A stretch of DNA of 64,000 bases from positions 66,514-130,513 of the forward strand of contig CAZSJW010000001.1 of NCBI GenBank assembly GCA_964607285.1, read 5' to 3'. Position 1 is the first letter of the stretch, and every line of letters starts with the position of its first letter. Origin of the DNA: an uncultured Pseudomonadales bacterium (GTDB lineage: Bacteria > Patescibacteriota > Microgenomatia > UBA1400 > PJMF01). The position numbers and the translations under genes were made by a program. The notes under the pieces were generated by a model. That model did not search any database and had not been told where the DNA came from. It saw nothing but the letters and a program-made list of their open reading frames with translations. Shown in pieces: positions 51,968 to 62,245 of this stretch.

Positions 51968-52893
51968 TGAAACAAACCAAAAGAGCTATTTTCAAAAATG
52001 GCAGCACTACCTATTTTTATAGCAGTTTATTTTTCCCCAAAGATATTTGGGAGAAAGTAGCAACGCTATATGCGTATGTTCGGACAGCTGACGATTTGGT
52101 GGACGCAGTACCGCAGAAGACCGAGGAGTTTGCTGCATTTATTAGAGAAACTAATGCGATTATCGCAGCGTATGCGTTGGCGCAAAAAAAGACTGGTAGT
52201 TGGAAACAGGGTGGGCGGCTGTATGTGCAGCGTGCGATTTCTGGAGAGTTCACCGAAATTATTCAGTCGTTTGTGGAGTTGCTGTTTGCACATGCAATAC
52301 CAACTGCTTGGGTGGTGTCATTTTTACGTTCAATGACTGAAGATCTCACGCAGCCGGACAACTGGATAATGTATCGCTCAGCCGCACAAACCGAAGCCTA
52401 CATCTATGGAAGTGCCGAGGTAATTGGGTTGATGCTCTGCAAACTGATGCAGTTACCCCCAGAAGCCTACTCTGCAGCAAAACTGCAAGGCGCTGCCATG
52501 CAGCACATCAACTTCATCCGCGACATGCAGGAAGATTGCGAGCTCAAGCGGCAGTATTTTTCACAGGAAGTCCTCAGTACGTTTGCAATTGAATCGCTCT
52601 GCGAAGCAGTGTTGTCCGAGGAAAAGTATGATTCTTTTAGAGCATTTGTTTCGGCAGAAGTGGCGAAGTTTAGAGCACAACAGACTCAGGCAGAAGCTGG
52701 ATATTCGTATATACCCTATCGCTATCGCGTGCCAATTGCGACGGCAGCACAGTTATATAGTTGGACGGCTGATGTGATAGAGAAGAATCCCCGGGTAGTC
52801 TTTGAAAGAAAAGTTAAGCCAAGCAAACTGCAAGTCTTCAAGACAGTTGCAAAAGTTGCGGTAGCAGAGTTATTTAGGAGACAGCATGGGTGA
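51967..52893 (+). CDS. crtB: Phytoene synthase
   Basis: GSTTYFYSSLFFP, LYAYVRTADDLVD, YIYGSAEVIGLM, GAAMQHINFIRDMQED. Confidence 0.92.
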   Translation: MKQTKRAIFKNGSTTYFYSSLFFPKDIWEKVATLYAYVRTADDLVDAVPQKTEEFAAFIRETNAIIAAYALAQKKTGSWKQGGRLYVQRAISGEFTEIIQSFVELLFAHAIPTAWVVSFLRSMTEDLTQPDNWIMYRSAAQTEAYIYGSAEVIGLMLCKLMQLPPEAYSAAKLQGAAMQHINFIRDMQEDCELKRQYFSQEVLSTFAIESLCEAVLSEEKYDSFRAFVSAEVAKFRAQQTQAEAGYSYIPYRYRVPIATAAQLYSWTADVIEKNPRVVFERKVKPSKLQVFKTVAKVAVAELFRRQHG

Positions 52894-53572
52894 AGTAGCT
52901 CCATTTGCGTACGTGCTGTTCCATGGTGTGATTGTGGGTTCGCTGCTGTTGTCACGCAAACTCTATCCAGCGATGTTGGTGCTGAGTAAAGCAGAGGTAT
53001 TTAGAATCTTGCCGGTCTCTGCTTTTTTTATAGTGTGGGATTTTGTGGTGACTGGTGCTTGGTGGGAGTTTAATCCGGAGTATATTTTGTTTCCATCGCT
53101 TGCTGCTTGGATGCGATTGCCGATCGAGGAAATTTTGTTTTTTCTGGTGGTGCCGTATGCGGTGCTGACTGTGGTGAAAAATGTGCTGGCATTTACTGAG
53201 TATGCAAGGATCGGGGTTTCTGAGCGAGTGTTTATGTTGCTGACTGTGAGTCTGCGGCTTTTGTTGCTAGGTGTAGCGGTGGTGTGTTTTGTCAAAGCCC
53301 AGTGGTACAGTTTTTCGGTGGTGGTATTATTGCAGCTGGTTGAGTACTCCGTGTTGCGGGTGCAGGGGATTGCGCTGGGGTTGGTTTTTACCGTTTTCAC
53401 TACGTTAATTTTTAATATGTATCTAACAGCGCTGCCGGTGGTGGTGTATGGTGAGGGGTTTATGACTGGGTGGAGGGTTGGAACGATTCCGGTGGAGGAT
53501 TTTGGGTATGGGTTGGTGCTGTATTTTTTGTTGGTACGAAAAGGGTTCAGCAAGAGTACACTGCAACATTAA
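52886..53572 (+). CDS. crtY: Membrane lycopene cyclase (CrtYc/Yd fused type)
   Basis: FIVWD..WEFN..LPIEEILFFLVVPY and FNMYLT..GTIPVEDFGY: two lycopene-cyclase-domain repeats following crtB. Confidence 0.82.
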   Translation: MGEVAPFAYVLFHGVIVGSLLLSRKLYPAMLVLSKAEVFRILPVSAFFIVWDFVVTGAWWEFNPEYILFPSLAAWMRLPIEEILFFLVVPYAVLTVVKNVLAFTEYARIGVSERVFMLLTVSLRLLLLGVAVVCFVKAQWYSFSVVVLLQLVEYSVLRVQGIALGLVFTVFTTLIFNMYLTALPVVVYGEGFMTGWRVGTIPVEDFGYGLVLYFLLVRKGFSKSTLQH

Positions 53573-53632
53573 TTTAACTGCAAAATTTAATTTGCATTTC
53601 GACGTAACTAGGAAAATTTTTTATTTGAATTT

Positions 53633-54142
53633 TCAATCCCAGCCAATATTAACTCGTGTGTCCGGTTTGGGGTTTTGCTCCTCATGATGGCGTAAGAAAT
53701 GCAGTAGTGCAAGTTGCTCGACAGAATCCTGCTCAAAACAAAATGTATCTTTAATAAGATTGGCTTTGTCATTATCAATTGTTTGCACCAATAAATTATG
53801 TCTTGCCCTGTACAATTCTTCTGGCACAGTAGGATTCTGGCGTCCTAATGGAAATAGTCGGTTGCGCAAAAGTACCCACTCATCTCTTTTTGTATCAAAT
53901 GCCTGCATAAAATCTGCCCATCTTTTGGGGTTCTCAATTTCTAAAACATTTTGTAGGTATGTGGCACCTTCATCCCATCCAGTTGTCAGCCTGTTTATTT
54001 CTTCTCTGCTGGGCAAACCGGATGAAAAATCAAGTGCTAGTAATTCTGCATATGCTTTAAGCCTCATAGGATCTATGCGATGAGCATTATGCTGCATATT
54101 GTTCTCGGTAATCTCTGATTCATTAAGTATGGACATATGCAT
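53633..54142 (-). CDS. Hypothetical protein
   Basis: 169 aa ORF, no family recognised. Confidence 0.5.
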   Translation of the reverse strand: MHMSILNESEITENNMQHNAHRIDPMRLKAYAELLALDFSSGLPSREEINRLTTGWDEGATYLQNVLEIENPKRWADFMQAFDTKRDEWVLLRNRLFPLGRQNPTVPEELYRARHNLLVQTIDNDKANLIKDTFCFEQDSVEQLALLHFLRHHEEQNPKPDTRVNIGWD

Positions 54143-54420
54143 CCTTCTTATTAAAATTGTACTACTTGTTGGTAGATATACTTATAATATACCAAACAGC
54201 ACAGAATAGCTTTACAGCAAAATCATCCGTGTGCCGCGTAGTGATGTAAGATTTCTAAGAAACTCATGTAGTGATTGAAAATTGAGATTACTCTCGCTTT
54301 CTCTGATTCGTTTTACCAGTTCTTCTTCATTTTGTTGCCCATTGTAGATTTTAAAAGCAAGGTATCTACTCTCGAAATAGTTCCGATTGATAAATAAGAA
54401 TAAAGACCTATAATATACAT

Positions 54421-55554
54421 ATGAGACAATATGAACAGATGAAGTATAGAGAACAGCTACCAGAAACAACAATAAAAGCATTGAATACATTGGCTGTAAT
54501 GGATGCACCTTATGATCCAGAAGCTATAGATTCATTACACCCTGGTTGGTGTACTGGTATTGGACAGTTGTACTTCTTTCTTTTGCATGCTCCTCAGCTT
54601 GCAAAAGACTTGAATTTAGAAGCTTTTTTTGTAGATGAGGATCAACAGACATTCCTGGGAGATACTGAGGTACCTTTCCCCTCCATGCAGAGAACTTTCC
54701 CAATAGTGAAAACTCCAATTTCTCCTGGAAGTTTGCTTAACAGTTTTCTGGATGTGAGTGTCACAGCTCCATATACAATTTCACATAAGAGCGTGACTCC
54801 CGACATTATTACTAATGCTTTTCAACAGCCTGAGGGCAAATGGTTATTGTGTGGGGCAATTGGGCCAAAAAGCATTATAAGCTTACTAGCAGCGTTGAAT
54901 AGGAATGGCTTTTGTGGTCAAGTTGATGTTGTTGACTCAAATCCGTCAGCACTTATTGCATTTGAGGCTGTCAGAGAGTTGATTAAATTGAAATACCCAA
55001 ATATTAGTATCAATTTTATTGAAGGAAATCTGTTGCAATGTTCAATTGATATTGAACCTCATTGCGCCTATTCTGTTGGTGATAATGATGATAATCAGAA
55101 AAAAGTATTTCTCTCAACAAAATATTATGACGGCATAACTGCAGATACTATCGGTACTTACATCGTTGATGACTCAGACCTAATAACACATTTCTCTGTG
55201 ATCTTTGAATCACTAAGAGATGGCGGAGTAGCTTTTGTCCGTGATATGACTGAAGGGCCAGAAAGTATGAAGGTATCTTGTAAACATGTGGATCCCATGA
55301 ATAGGAAGAACGAAAAGGGTGTGTCCTTGCACAACTACATCCAAGCCCTATTGGGTAAAACAGTTCCAGTAGAATACTGCACAGCAGTTGTAGAAAAATT
55401 CTTTTCAGATACTCAGGCAAATCGATGGAGCTATTTAGTTGATCTATGGACAGTTGTTGGACCAGCTCACTTGTCTGCAATGCGGCAATTTGCAGTTCCA
55501 AATGCAACTGTTCAACAACGATACTTTGCTGACTTGCTATTTATTAAGGATTGA
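54421..55554 (+). CDS. Hypothetical protein with possible degenerate SAM-MTase-like C-terminal fold
   Basis: LLCGAIG, VDVVDSN, FIEGNLL, YDGITAD, LRDGGVAF pattern. Confidence 0.5.
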   Translation: MRQYEQMKYREQLPETTIKALNTLAVMDAPYDPEAIDSLHPGWCTGIGQLYFFLLHAPQLAKDLNLEAFFVDEDQQTFLGDTEVPFPSMQRTFPIVKTPISPGSLLNSFLDVSVTAPYTISHKSVTPDIITNAFQQPEGKWLLCGAIGPKSIISLLAALNRNGFCGQVDVVDSNPSALIAFEAVRELIKLKYPNISINFIEGNLLQCSIDIEPHCAYSVGDNDDNQKKVFLSTKYYDGITADTIGTYIVDDSDLITHFSVIFESLRDGGVAFVRDMTEGPESMKVSCKHVDPMNRKNEKGVSLHNYIQALLGKTVPVEYCTAVVEKFFSDTQANRWSYLVDLWTVVGPAHLSAMRQFAVPNATVQQRYFADLLFIKD

Positions 55555-55632
55555 ATTGGTTTTAGAAAATAAATAGACGTAGGGTTCAATGTTACACTTA
55601 GGGTATGAAAAACTCTCGAGGAAAAAACGTTG

Positions 55633-55704
55633 TGACCCCACAGAGAATCGAACTCTGGTTACCAGGATGAGAACCTGGTGTCCTAGCCGCTAGACGATGG
55701 GGCC
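55633..55704 (-). tRNA. tRNA-Glu (anticodon CTC), CCA not encoded
   Basis: GGCCCCATCGTCTAGCGGCTAGGACACCAGGTTCTCATCCTGGTAACCAGAGTTCGATTCTCTGTGGGGTCA folds as a cloverleaf with a TTCGA T-loop. Confidence 0.95.
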
Positions 55705-55789
55705 TTGACTTGACATACACACCGAATGTATATAATACCGCAAGAAACACCCATAGTATACCGCACACAGTGCAAAATGTCAGGCACAT

Positions 55790-56296
55790 ATGAATGCAGA
55801 ACATTTCAAACCATATATAAAGTCATACCACGTGCATGGGCCTGATGAAAGAGAAACTCATGCAGCTCAACACAAAAAACTTGAAGCAATTTACTCTAAG
55901 TTCGCAGGGGAGTGGAATTTTTCATTAGTACAAGTTTTGTACTTCATCCATCAAACATTTGGAGAGAATGCAAATGGTCTCCAAAGAATTCCTTTGCTAG
56001 AGGAAGTGACACAAGTCCGAGTCTGGGCAGCAGTCTACTTTCTTTCACAGCACAAGCAGTGGAGTGAAGTTATGCCTCAAAAAGTGACTTTAGGGAATGG
56101 TGTAGTATCCAAGAAATCATATGAAAAACCAGCAGCAAGAACAATTTCAATCAAAGATGATCCAAAAGCTGAAGACTACTTAGTGCTTTGTGAAGTACTT
56201 CAGGAACTGGATAGACTCTGCTGTTTTACATTACCAACTCAATTTTTCAATCTTCCAGCTAAGCCAAGTACAGATATGGCCAGTTTGGCTCAGTAG
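55790..56296 (+). CDS. Hypothetical protein
   Basis: 168 aa ORF, no family recognised. Confidence 0.5.
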   Translation: MNAEHFKPYIKSYHVHGPDERETHAAQHKKLEAIYSKFAGEWNFSLVQVLYFIHQTFGENANGLQRIPLLEEVTQVRVWAAVYFLSQHKQWSEVMPQKVTLGNGVVSKKSYEKPAARTISIKDDPKAEDYLVLCEVLQELDRLCCFTLPTQFFNLPAKPSTDMASLAQ

Positions 56297-56391
56297 TTCT
56301 ACAGTTCTTGTAAGCATCCCTCAGTAGACTCATTTCAGTATTCGGAGGTCAGTTGCACTAAGCACCTGTATCTCATCTAAAAGGAGTTGTC

Positions 56392-56970
56392 ATGGGTAAC
56401 ATACCCTTTTCTCAAAAAGCCAAGTTTGGCATTGCGATCACTGCTGTGTTAGGAACAATGATCGGTATGAGTAGCACTATTGCGTACTTTAGTAGTCGCC
56501 AGACAACGGATGCAAATTCATTTCAAACTGGTACTTTGGAAGTAGATATATCACAAGCAACTCCTTTGAATGTGAGCAATTGGCAGCCTGGGGAGAGTAA
56601 ACAAGTGGAGTTTGTCATTAACAATACAGGCCAGCTACCATTATTTGCAAGAGTCGTGTTAGATGCAAGTTGGTCTGATGATCAGCTAGGAACTGATGTT
56701 ATCGAGCGCACTTCTGTAGATCGCTGGATTGCAGGTAATTGGGTTGCAGTATCTACCCAAGTACAGCCCGCGACTGACCCAATGTTTATTAGCACTGATG
56801 GTACAGAAAATACATTGCTGGCATTGCTTACCAATGGTCAAGAACGATTTCGTATGACTATCCAGCTATCACCCAACGCGGGAGATGAGTACCAAGGTAA
56901 AACTTTGAGCGGCTCTGTAACTGTTACAGCGAAACAAACGAATGACGGCGCAGAGTGGCCAATTGAATGA
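56392..56970 (+). CDS. TasA/CalY (camelysin, M73)-like protein with SipW-type signal peptide
   Basis: STIAYFSS..NSFQTGTLEV..NWQPGES..INNTGQLP..AGDEYQGKT..TAKQ; AAGGAG SD. Confidence 0.8.
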   Translation: MGNIPFSQKAKFGIAITAVLGTMIGMSSTIAYFSSRQTTDANSFQTGTLEVDISQATPLNVSNWQPGESKQVEFVINNTGQLPLFARVVLDASWSDDQLGTDVIERTSVDRWIAGNWVAVSTQVQPATDPMFISTDGTENTLLALLTNGQERFRMTIQLSPNAGDEYQGKTLSGSVTVTAKQTNDGAEWPIE

Positions 56971-58169
56971 AAGTAGGTATGCACACGTTATTAGTAATAC
57001 TAGTCGGCTTCCTCACCCTAGTTCAGCCTCGGTCAGCCAGTGGATACTTCACTGCTGGCCAGGCTGCTGCCCAGTTTTCATGGCAACTTGGTCACTGGGT
57101 ATTGGCAGAACCTAAAGTTGCTATACGCACCCCCACTGATACATCAATACTTTTAGAAACCATACGTAACCCACTATTTACTGATCAGCTACATGATTGG
57201 GAGCACACTGGAGCGGTTATAGTAGAGCAGTCCTCACCTTGTGATCAGGAAACTCGGCCCGTAGTACGCATTGGGTCACAGCCTCACGAACAACAAACAC
57301 TCCAGCCAGACAACGAATTGACGCAAGCAATATCTTCAGCAGAATCAATGTGGTTGGCTATCAAATACTGCATTGTATCTTGGGAAACACTTCCTTTATT
57401 TGATGAGCCTTCTCTTACGATCAGACTTGCAGACAACATTGTATGGGAGGATGCACCAGTCATAGATCAGAATAATCAAGTTGAGCCATTTGTAAGTGGT
57501 TGGAGAACTGCAACAGTGCCCATACCTTCAGACCAAGTGTTGCTAGATCTTGAAATCACTGCAGGAAACAGCATTGATCCAACAAATGCGACAGTTGTGT
57601 ACATAGCTTCAGTTTCTACAGCAGGGTGGGTGTTACCAGATGATGTCACAGTGACGGTATCCCCTGCACTTGCAGCTAGAACAGTTACGTTGAAGACAAG
57701 CTCAGTAGAACCCCTTATTAGTAGTGCCAAAGAGCAGATAGTGCTTCCAGATGGTTTCATTCCTACAAGCTTTGGAGTACATCAATTGGTAGTTCTACAA
57801 GAAAGCTTGCTGGGAAGCGAAACGAAACAAGAGTTTTTTTTACTTCGCCTGCCACCACCGATTGAGTCACCAAGTATTTGGTTAGAACCTGATAGCTTTG
57901 CGAATACGCTTACCCTATATTTTACTGCAGCAGCAGATGCTGATCAACATAAATTTGCAAGGTATGCAGTTTGGAAACGTACATCAGATGGGGCGATTAC
58001 CAAGGTTCCTATTCAGGCTCATTCATTTTTGTGGAGCACTCCTAGAATACCGAACAGTCAGGAATATTTGACAGTGGAGTATGATCCAGTAGCAGAATAT
58101 ACACTAGAGCTAGTAGATCAGTTTGGAGTTGGTACTTTTTCTGACTGGCATGCAGTGGAAGTGCAGTAA
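56967..58169 (+). CDS. Secreted protein with SipW-like signal (ASGYFTA), possible TasA accessory
   Basis: ATGA-coupled to the TasA-like gene; IRNPLF..W carbohydrate-binding-like beta domain. Confidence 0.55.
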   Translation: MKVGMHTLLVILVGFLTLVQPRSASGYFTAGQAAAQFSWQLGHWVLAEPKVAIRTPTDTSILLETIRNPLFTDQLHDWEHTGAVIVEQSSPCDQETRPVVRIGSQPHEQQTLQPDNELTQAISSAESMWLAIKYCIVSWETLPLFDEPSLTIRLADNIVWEDAPVIDQNNQVEPFVSGWRTATVPIPSDQVLLDLEITAGNSIDPTNATVVYIASVSTAGWVLPDDVTVTVSPALAARTVTLKTSSVEPLISSAKEQIVLPDGFIPTSFGVHQLVVLQESLLGSETKQEFFLLRLPPPIESPSIWLEPDSFANTLTLYFTAAADADQHKFARYAVWKRTSDGAITKVPIQAHSFLWSTPRIPNSQEYLTVEYDPVAEYTLELVDQFGVGTFSDWHAVEVQ

Positions 58170-58208
58170 CTCTTGCACTTATAACTGAGCACGTCATAAT
58201 GAAACGAC

Positions 58209-59216
58209 ATGAAGTATGCTCAGAGTCATCGTTCACTAGGTAGTGCATTAGCGCATCTGTTTCACCCACGCCGCTCCAACAACCACAGGGCGCGTATTTT
58301 GCATCCTGAGGGATATGTCGTGCTCGGTGCTCTTGCTGTTCTTTGCTTTGGATTGATAAGTTATCCCACAGCAGTCCAACGTGATATGGGTCTGGTACTT
58401 GGGTATGCTTCAGATATTTCAGTGGATCAGGTCGTTGCCCAAACAAATACACAGAGGCGTACAGCAGGGTTAGGTGCAGTTGTGTTCAACCAACAGCTAG
58501 CCCAAGCGGCTCAAGCAAAAGCTAAAGATATGTTTGCAAAGCAGTACTGGGCACACACTTCACCAGCGGGCAGAGAGCCATGGGACTTTATGAAGGATGT
58601 GGGGTACACCTATAGACGTGCGGGTGAAAATCTGGCACGTGACTTTATGGTTACACCAGAAATGATTGATGCTTGGATGGCATCTCCAACACACAGAGCC
58701 AATATACTAAACGGTGGATTCAGTGAAATTGGGGTGGCAGTAGTAAATGGTTCGTTAGAAGGAGTAGAGACAACCTTGGTAGTTCAAATGTTTGGTGCGC
58801 CTCCTGCTGTGGAGCGTGTAGCACAAATTGTCCCCGCTGGGCAAGTTTTAGTTGAACCAGCTGATCCCAGAGAAGAGTCAACTATACCTCAACCCGAGAC
58901 GATTGCACTAGTGCAAAACGTTCCCGAAAGCCCTGAAATAAGGGAAGTACAAAACCAGCAACTTCCAGCTGTCTTAGCTGGCCAAGCAGTGCCTGTGGGT
59001 TCAGTCGAGTCTAGAATTATATATTCACCATTGCATATGGCAAAAGCTGCAGCTTTAGCTATAGTTATTTTGATCATTTCCGCTTTAGCATATGATGGAT
59101 TTGCAGCATATTCTAACAGGACCGTGCGCTTGGTAGGTAAAAACATGGCACATATTTGTTTGTTTCTCACGGTAGCATTCATCTTAGTGTATTTTAAGGG
59201 AGGGATGATTCAATAA
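58209..59216 (+). CDS. CAP/SCP-domain membrane protein
   Basis: TNTQR, AAQAKAKDM..YWAH, AGENLA, WMASPTHRANIL, EIGVAV, VQMFG. Confidence 0.9.
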   Translation: MKYAQSHRSLGSALAHLFHPRRSNNHRARILHPEGYVVLGALAVLCFGLISYPTAVQRDMGLVLGYASDISVDQVVAQTNTQRRTAGLGAVVFNQQLAQAAQAKAKDMFAKQYWAHTSPAGREPWDFMKDVGYTYRRAGENLARDFMVTPEMIDAWMASPTHRANILNGGFSEIGVAVVNGSLEGVETTLVVQMFGAPPAVERVAQIVPAGQVLVEPADPREESTIPQPETIALVQNVPESPEIREVQNQQLPAVLAGQAVPVGSVESRIIYSPLHMAKAAALAIVILIISALAYDGFAAYSNRTVRLVGKNMAHICLFLTVAFILVYFKGGMIQ

Positions 59217-59222
59217 ATAGCT

Positions 59223-59480
59223 ATGAAGCGTGAAGTTATTTTGCATCCACTAGCGTACGTTGTGCTTATCGGTGGCTTAGTCACAAGCATTGGCTATACA
59301 TTTACTGTATGGCCAGATACACAACTGCTTCGTCTTGGATTTGTGGCACTTGGGATTGGGTATGTGCTCTGGGGTATTAGTGTGCATGCTCGTACGAAGG
59401 ATTTAACCATGAACATTACTCTGGAATACTTTGGAGCAGCACTCCTAGCTGTAACGCTTCTTTGTCTGCTCACAATATAA
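59223..59480 (+). CDS. Small 3-TM membrane protein
   Basis: YVLWGISVH..LEY pattern; 85 aa. Confidence 0.6.
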   Translation: MKREVILHPLAYVVLIGGLVTSIGYTFTVWPDTQLLRLGFVALGIGYVLWGISVHARTKDLTMNITLEYFGAALLAVTLLCLLTI

Positions 59481-59540
59481 CAGTGAGATATGGTATAGAA
59501 TAGATGAACTTTATATGAGCAAAACTATCTGAAAGGCAGT

Positions 59541-60260
59541 ATGAAAGGTATTATTCTTGCAGGTGGGTCAGGCACAAGGCTCAGGCCATTGACCAAAGTG
59601 ACCAGTAAGCAGCTGTTGCCAATCTATAACAAACCAATGATTTACTATCCGCTGCAGACTCTCTTGACTGCAGGGATTACTGATATTCTGATAATTGTAG
59701 CACCAGATCATGCTGGTGATTTTCTTAAGCTACTTGGAAGTGGCAAGGAGTTTGGTTGCAAGTTTACGTATGAGATTCAAGATAAGCCAGAAGGTTTAGC
59801 ACAAGCCTTTCGCATCGGTGCAAACTTTATTGGTGAAGATGCAGTAACCTTGGTTTTGGGTGATAACGTCTTTGAAGATACATTTGCAAGTGATATTACT
59901 TCATTTAAATCTGGAGGTAGGATTTTTGCTAAGGAAGTGTCAGACCCAGAGCGTTTTGGTGTAGTGGAGTTTGATGAAAACAATCAAGCTATCTCTATTG
60001 AAGAAAAACCCGAGTCACCAAAGTCATCATTTGCCGTCACTGGATTGTACATTTACGATAACTCAGTTGTTGAAAAGGTACGGAACTTACAACCATCAGC
60101 ACGTGGTGAGCTTGAAATTACTGATTTAAACAACTTGTATTTACAAGAGGGTACTTTGGATGTTGCTTTTGTTCGAGGAAAGTGGCTTGATACTGGCACT
60201 TTTGAGTCTTTGTATGAAGCAATCATGTTTGCTCGAGACAAAGAACTCGGATTGATTTAA
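59541..60260 (+). CDS. rmlA: Glucose-1-phosphate thymidylyltransferase (short RmlA/SpsI type)
   Basis: [65 protein letters not shown]. Confidence 0.92.
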   Translation: MKGIILAGGSGTRLRPLTKVTSKQLLPIYNKPMIYYPLQTLLTAGITDILIIVAPDHAGDFLKLLGSGKEFGCKFTYEIQDKPEGLAQAFRIGANFIGEDAVTLVLGDNVFEDTFASDITSFKSGGRIFAKEVSDPERFGVVEFDENNQAISIEEKPESPKSSFAVTGLYIYDNSVVEKVRNLQPSARGELEITDLNNLYLQEGTLDVAFVRGKWLDTGTFESLYEAIMFARDKELGLI

Positions 60261-60291
60261 GCTGCGTTCTTGTACATACTGTACTGTGCAC

Positions 60292-61158
60292 ATGTTAAAG
60301 AACATAGTCTTGTCATTCAGTATCCTTTTTTTGCTTAGTGCTACGGTACTTAGTGTTTCTGCTCAGTCACCCGAGGCTCAGGTTGATGTAGTAGTACTTG
60401 ATGCAACGATTTCCAGTGTGCAAAGGAAAGCTCAGGCTTCAGCGACAATTGCTGAGTTGCGGGGGTTGTACAAATCGCAGATTGAAGTATATCGAACCTC
60501 AGAGCAGCAATACAACATTGCAAAGGAGCAGCACGCTCGTTTGCAGACACTCTCATCACTTGAAGAGGCGGTTAGGGCTACACGAGAGGCTTTACTAAAT
60601 CGTTCAAGAGTCCTTGTTACTTACACTCAACTTATTACGGTGACACTTGAAGATATTCCTGGCGTAGATTTGGCACAAAAACAGCGTGCTTTAGTGCGTT
60701 TGGAAAATGTTGAAGAAAAATTATTAAAACACCAGGATGCGATATTAAACACACAGACGAGAGAGCAAATAGCTGTACAAGCCGACGTGTTTGCTGCTAT
60801 GCAGAAAGAACTAGAGGCCGCCTTGTATCTCGGGTTAGCACTTATTTCACAGGGTAATGTGCAGACAGTGTATGACCAAGCACTCATTGTTCATAGGGAC
60901 ATACAGAATTTTCACTTGACAGCAACTGCTAGTGCACTTGTGGATGCAGAGCGTCAACGGGCACATGCAGAAACTACCCGAAATTTTGGGTTAATCAGTG
61001 AACAACTTAGCACCATACTAGTAGCTGTAGTGGGGCAATCTGAGGAGTTTGATGCATACAATAAAAGTACCTTCGGTCGCATGCTCGACGACTTGGAAGC
61101 TCCATATATTGCCCTGACGCAATTGATTGGGTATCTTGAGGAATTAACCAGGTTATAA
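60292..61158 (+). CDS. Secreted helical/coiled-coil hypothetical protein
   Basis: Signal peptide ending VSA-QS; alpha-helical heptads. Confidence 0.6.
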   Translation: MLKNIVLSFSILFLLSATVLSVSAQSPEAQVDVVVLDATISSVQRKAQASATIAELRGLYKSQIEVYRTSEQQYNIAKEQHARLQTLSSLEEAVRATREALLNRSRVLVTYTQLITVTLEDIPGVDLAQKQRALVRLENVEEKLLKHQDAILNTQTREQIAVQADVFAAMQKELEAALYLGLALISQGNVQTVYDQALIVHRDIQNFHLTATASALVDAERQRAHAETTRNFGLISEQLSTILVAVVGQSEEFDAYNKSTFGRMLDDLEAPYIALTQLIGYLEELTRL

Positions 61159-61181
61159 AGTAACCTTTTTTGTAAAAGAAT

Positions 61182-61571
61182 ATGACAGAAGAAGAAACAG
61201 TACTAACCAATCAAACACAATTCTCGTATGAGGAACCGTATAGACAATCTGCCAAAGAGCGTTTTACTACTGAAAAAAGCGAGTTAGTGCAAAAGTCCCG
61301 ACCTCGTCCCATCATGTATATTGCCGTAGGTTTGGTAGTCACTGTTGTGCTACTTCTTTTATTAGTACTTTTGAAGAGAAAACCTGTAGTAATTGAAAAC
61401 GCTCCGTTTCAACAAGCAATTACGGCTACACCAGTACCCGCAGAGTTTAACCCACTACTCGAACGAGTATCCAGGTTGGAGATTGAGTTGGAAGAAGCAG
61501 ACCCGATCAAGCAATCGTTACTTTTTCCTCCCGTCGACATGGATATTCGTTTAGATCCAAAAAAACGATAG
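61182..61571 (+). CDS. Hypothetical single-pass membrane protein
   Basis: TM followed by a short coiled coil and LLFPPVDMDI. Confidence 0.55.
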   Translation: MTEEETVLTNQTQFSYEEPYRQSAKERFTTEKSELVQKSRPRPIMYIAVGLVVTVVLLLLLVLLKRKPVVIENAPFQQAITATPVPAEFNPLLERVSRLEIELEEADPIKQSLLFPPVDMDIRLDPKKR

Positions 61572-61632
61572 ATATCCTTACCTGTATTTGCTGCCCGACA
61601 GTATTTGTTCATCTGATACAATTACAACATAT

Positions 61633-62187
61633 ATGCCATATTCATTTTCTGAATTTCATGCAAAAGCTAAAAAAGCAATCGAGCATGTCCAGCGCGATAT
61701 AAGTACGCTAAGGACTGGCCGAGCTGCGGTACAAATGTTAGACTCTGTGCATGTTGAGGCCTATGGAACAACAATGCAGCTTGTTGAAGTTGCCTCAGTA
61801 CAGGCACCAGACCCATCACTTTTGGTAGTTTCTCCATGGGATAAAGGTTTGTTGTCTGCAGTGGAAAAAGGTATACAGGCTGCAGGATTAAATGTTAATC
61901 CTGTGGTTGATGGTGACATTGTTCGAATTGCAGTGCCTCCACTTACTGAGGAGACACGCAAGGAAATGGTAAAACAGCTGTACAAGAAAATCGAAGCAGG
62001 AAGGGTCATGCTCCGTGCTGTGCGGACGGATTGTAAGAAAGACATAGATGATTTAGCAGGAATGGATGGTGTCTCAGAAGATGACATTTCCCGTGACTTG
62101 AAATCACTTGAAGAAGAACTGAAGGTGTACATGGCTCAGCTCGATGAAATTCTAGCTCGAAAAGAAAAAGATTTACTCGCCGTCTAA
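61633..62187 (+). CDS. frr: Ribosome recycling factor
   Basis: LRTGRA, VEAYG, PWDK, NPVVDG, PPLTEETRKEMVK, SEDD, KEKDLL. Confidence 0.95.
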   Translation: MPYSFSEFHAKAKKAIEHVQRDISTLRTGRAAVQMLDSVHVEAYGTTMQLVEVASVQAPDPSLLVVSPWDKGLLSAVEKGIQAAGLNVNPVVDGDIVRIAVPPLTEETRKEMVKQLYKKIEAGRVMLRAVRTDCKKDIDDLAGMDGVSEDDISRDLKSLEEELKVYMAQLDEILARKEKDLLAV

Positions 62188-62245
62188 TTACTATGAATAC
62201 AGAGCAACATACTATTGCTGGTGTATATACACTTTTGAGGATTTC

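Noticed and set aside
52963-53553. 196-aa antisense ORF over crtY, and similar antisense/shadow ORFs across the window
   Set aside because: Shadows of GT-rich or Thr/Ser-rich sense genes with no recognisable motifs
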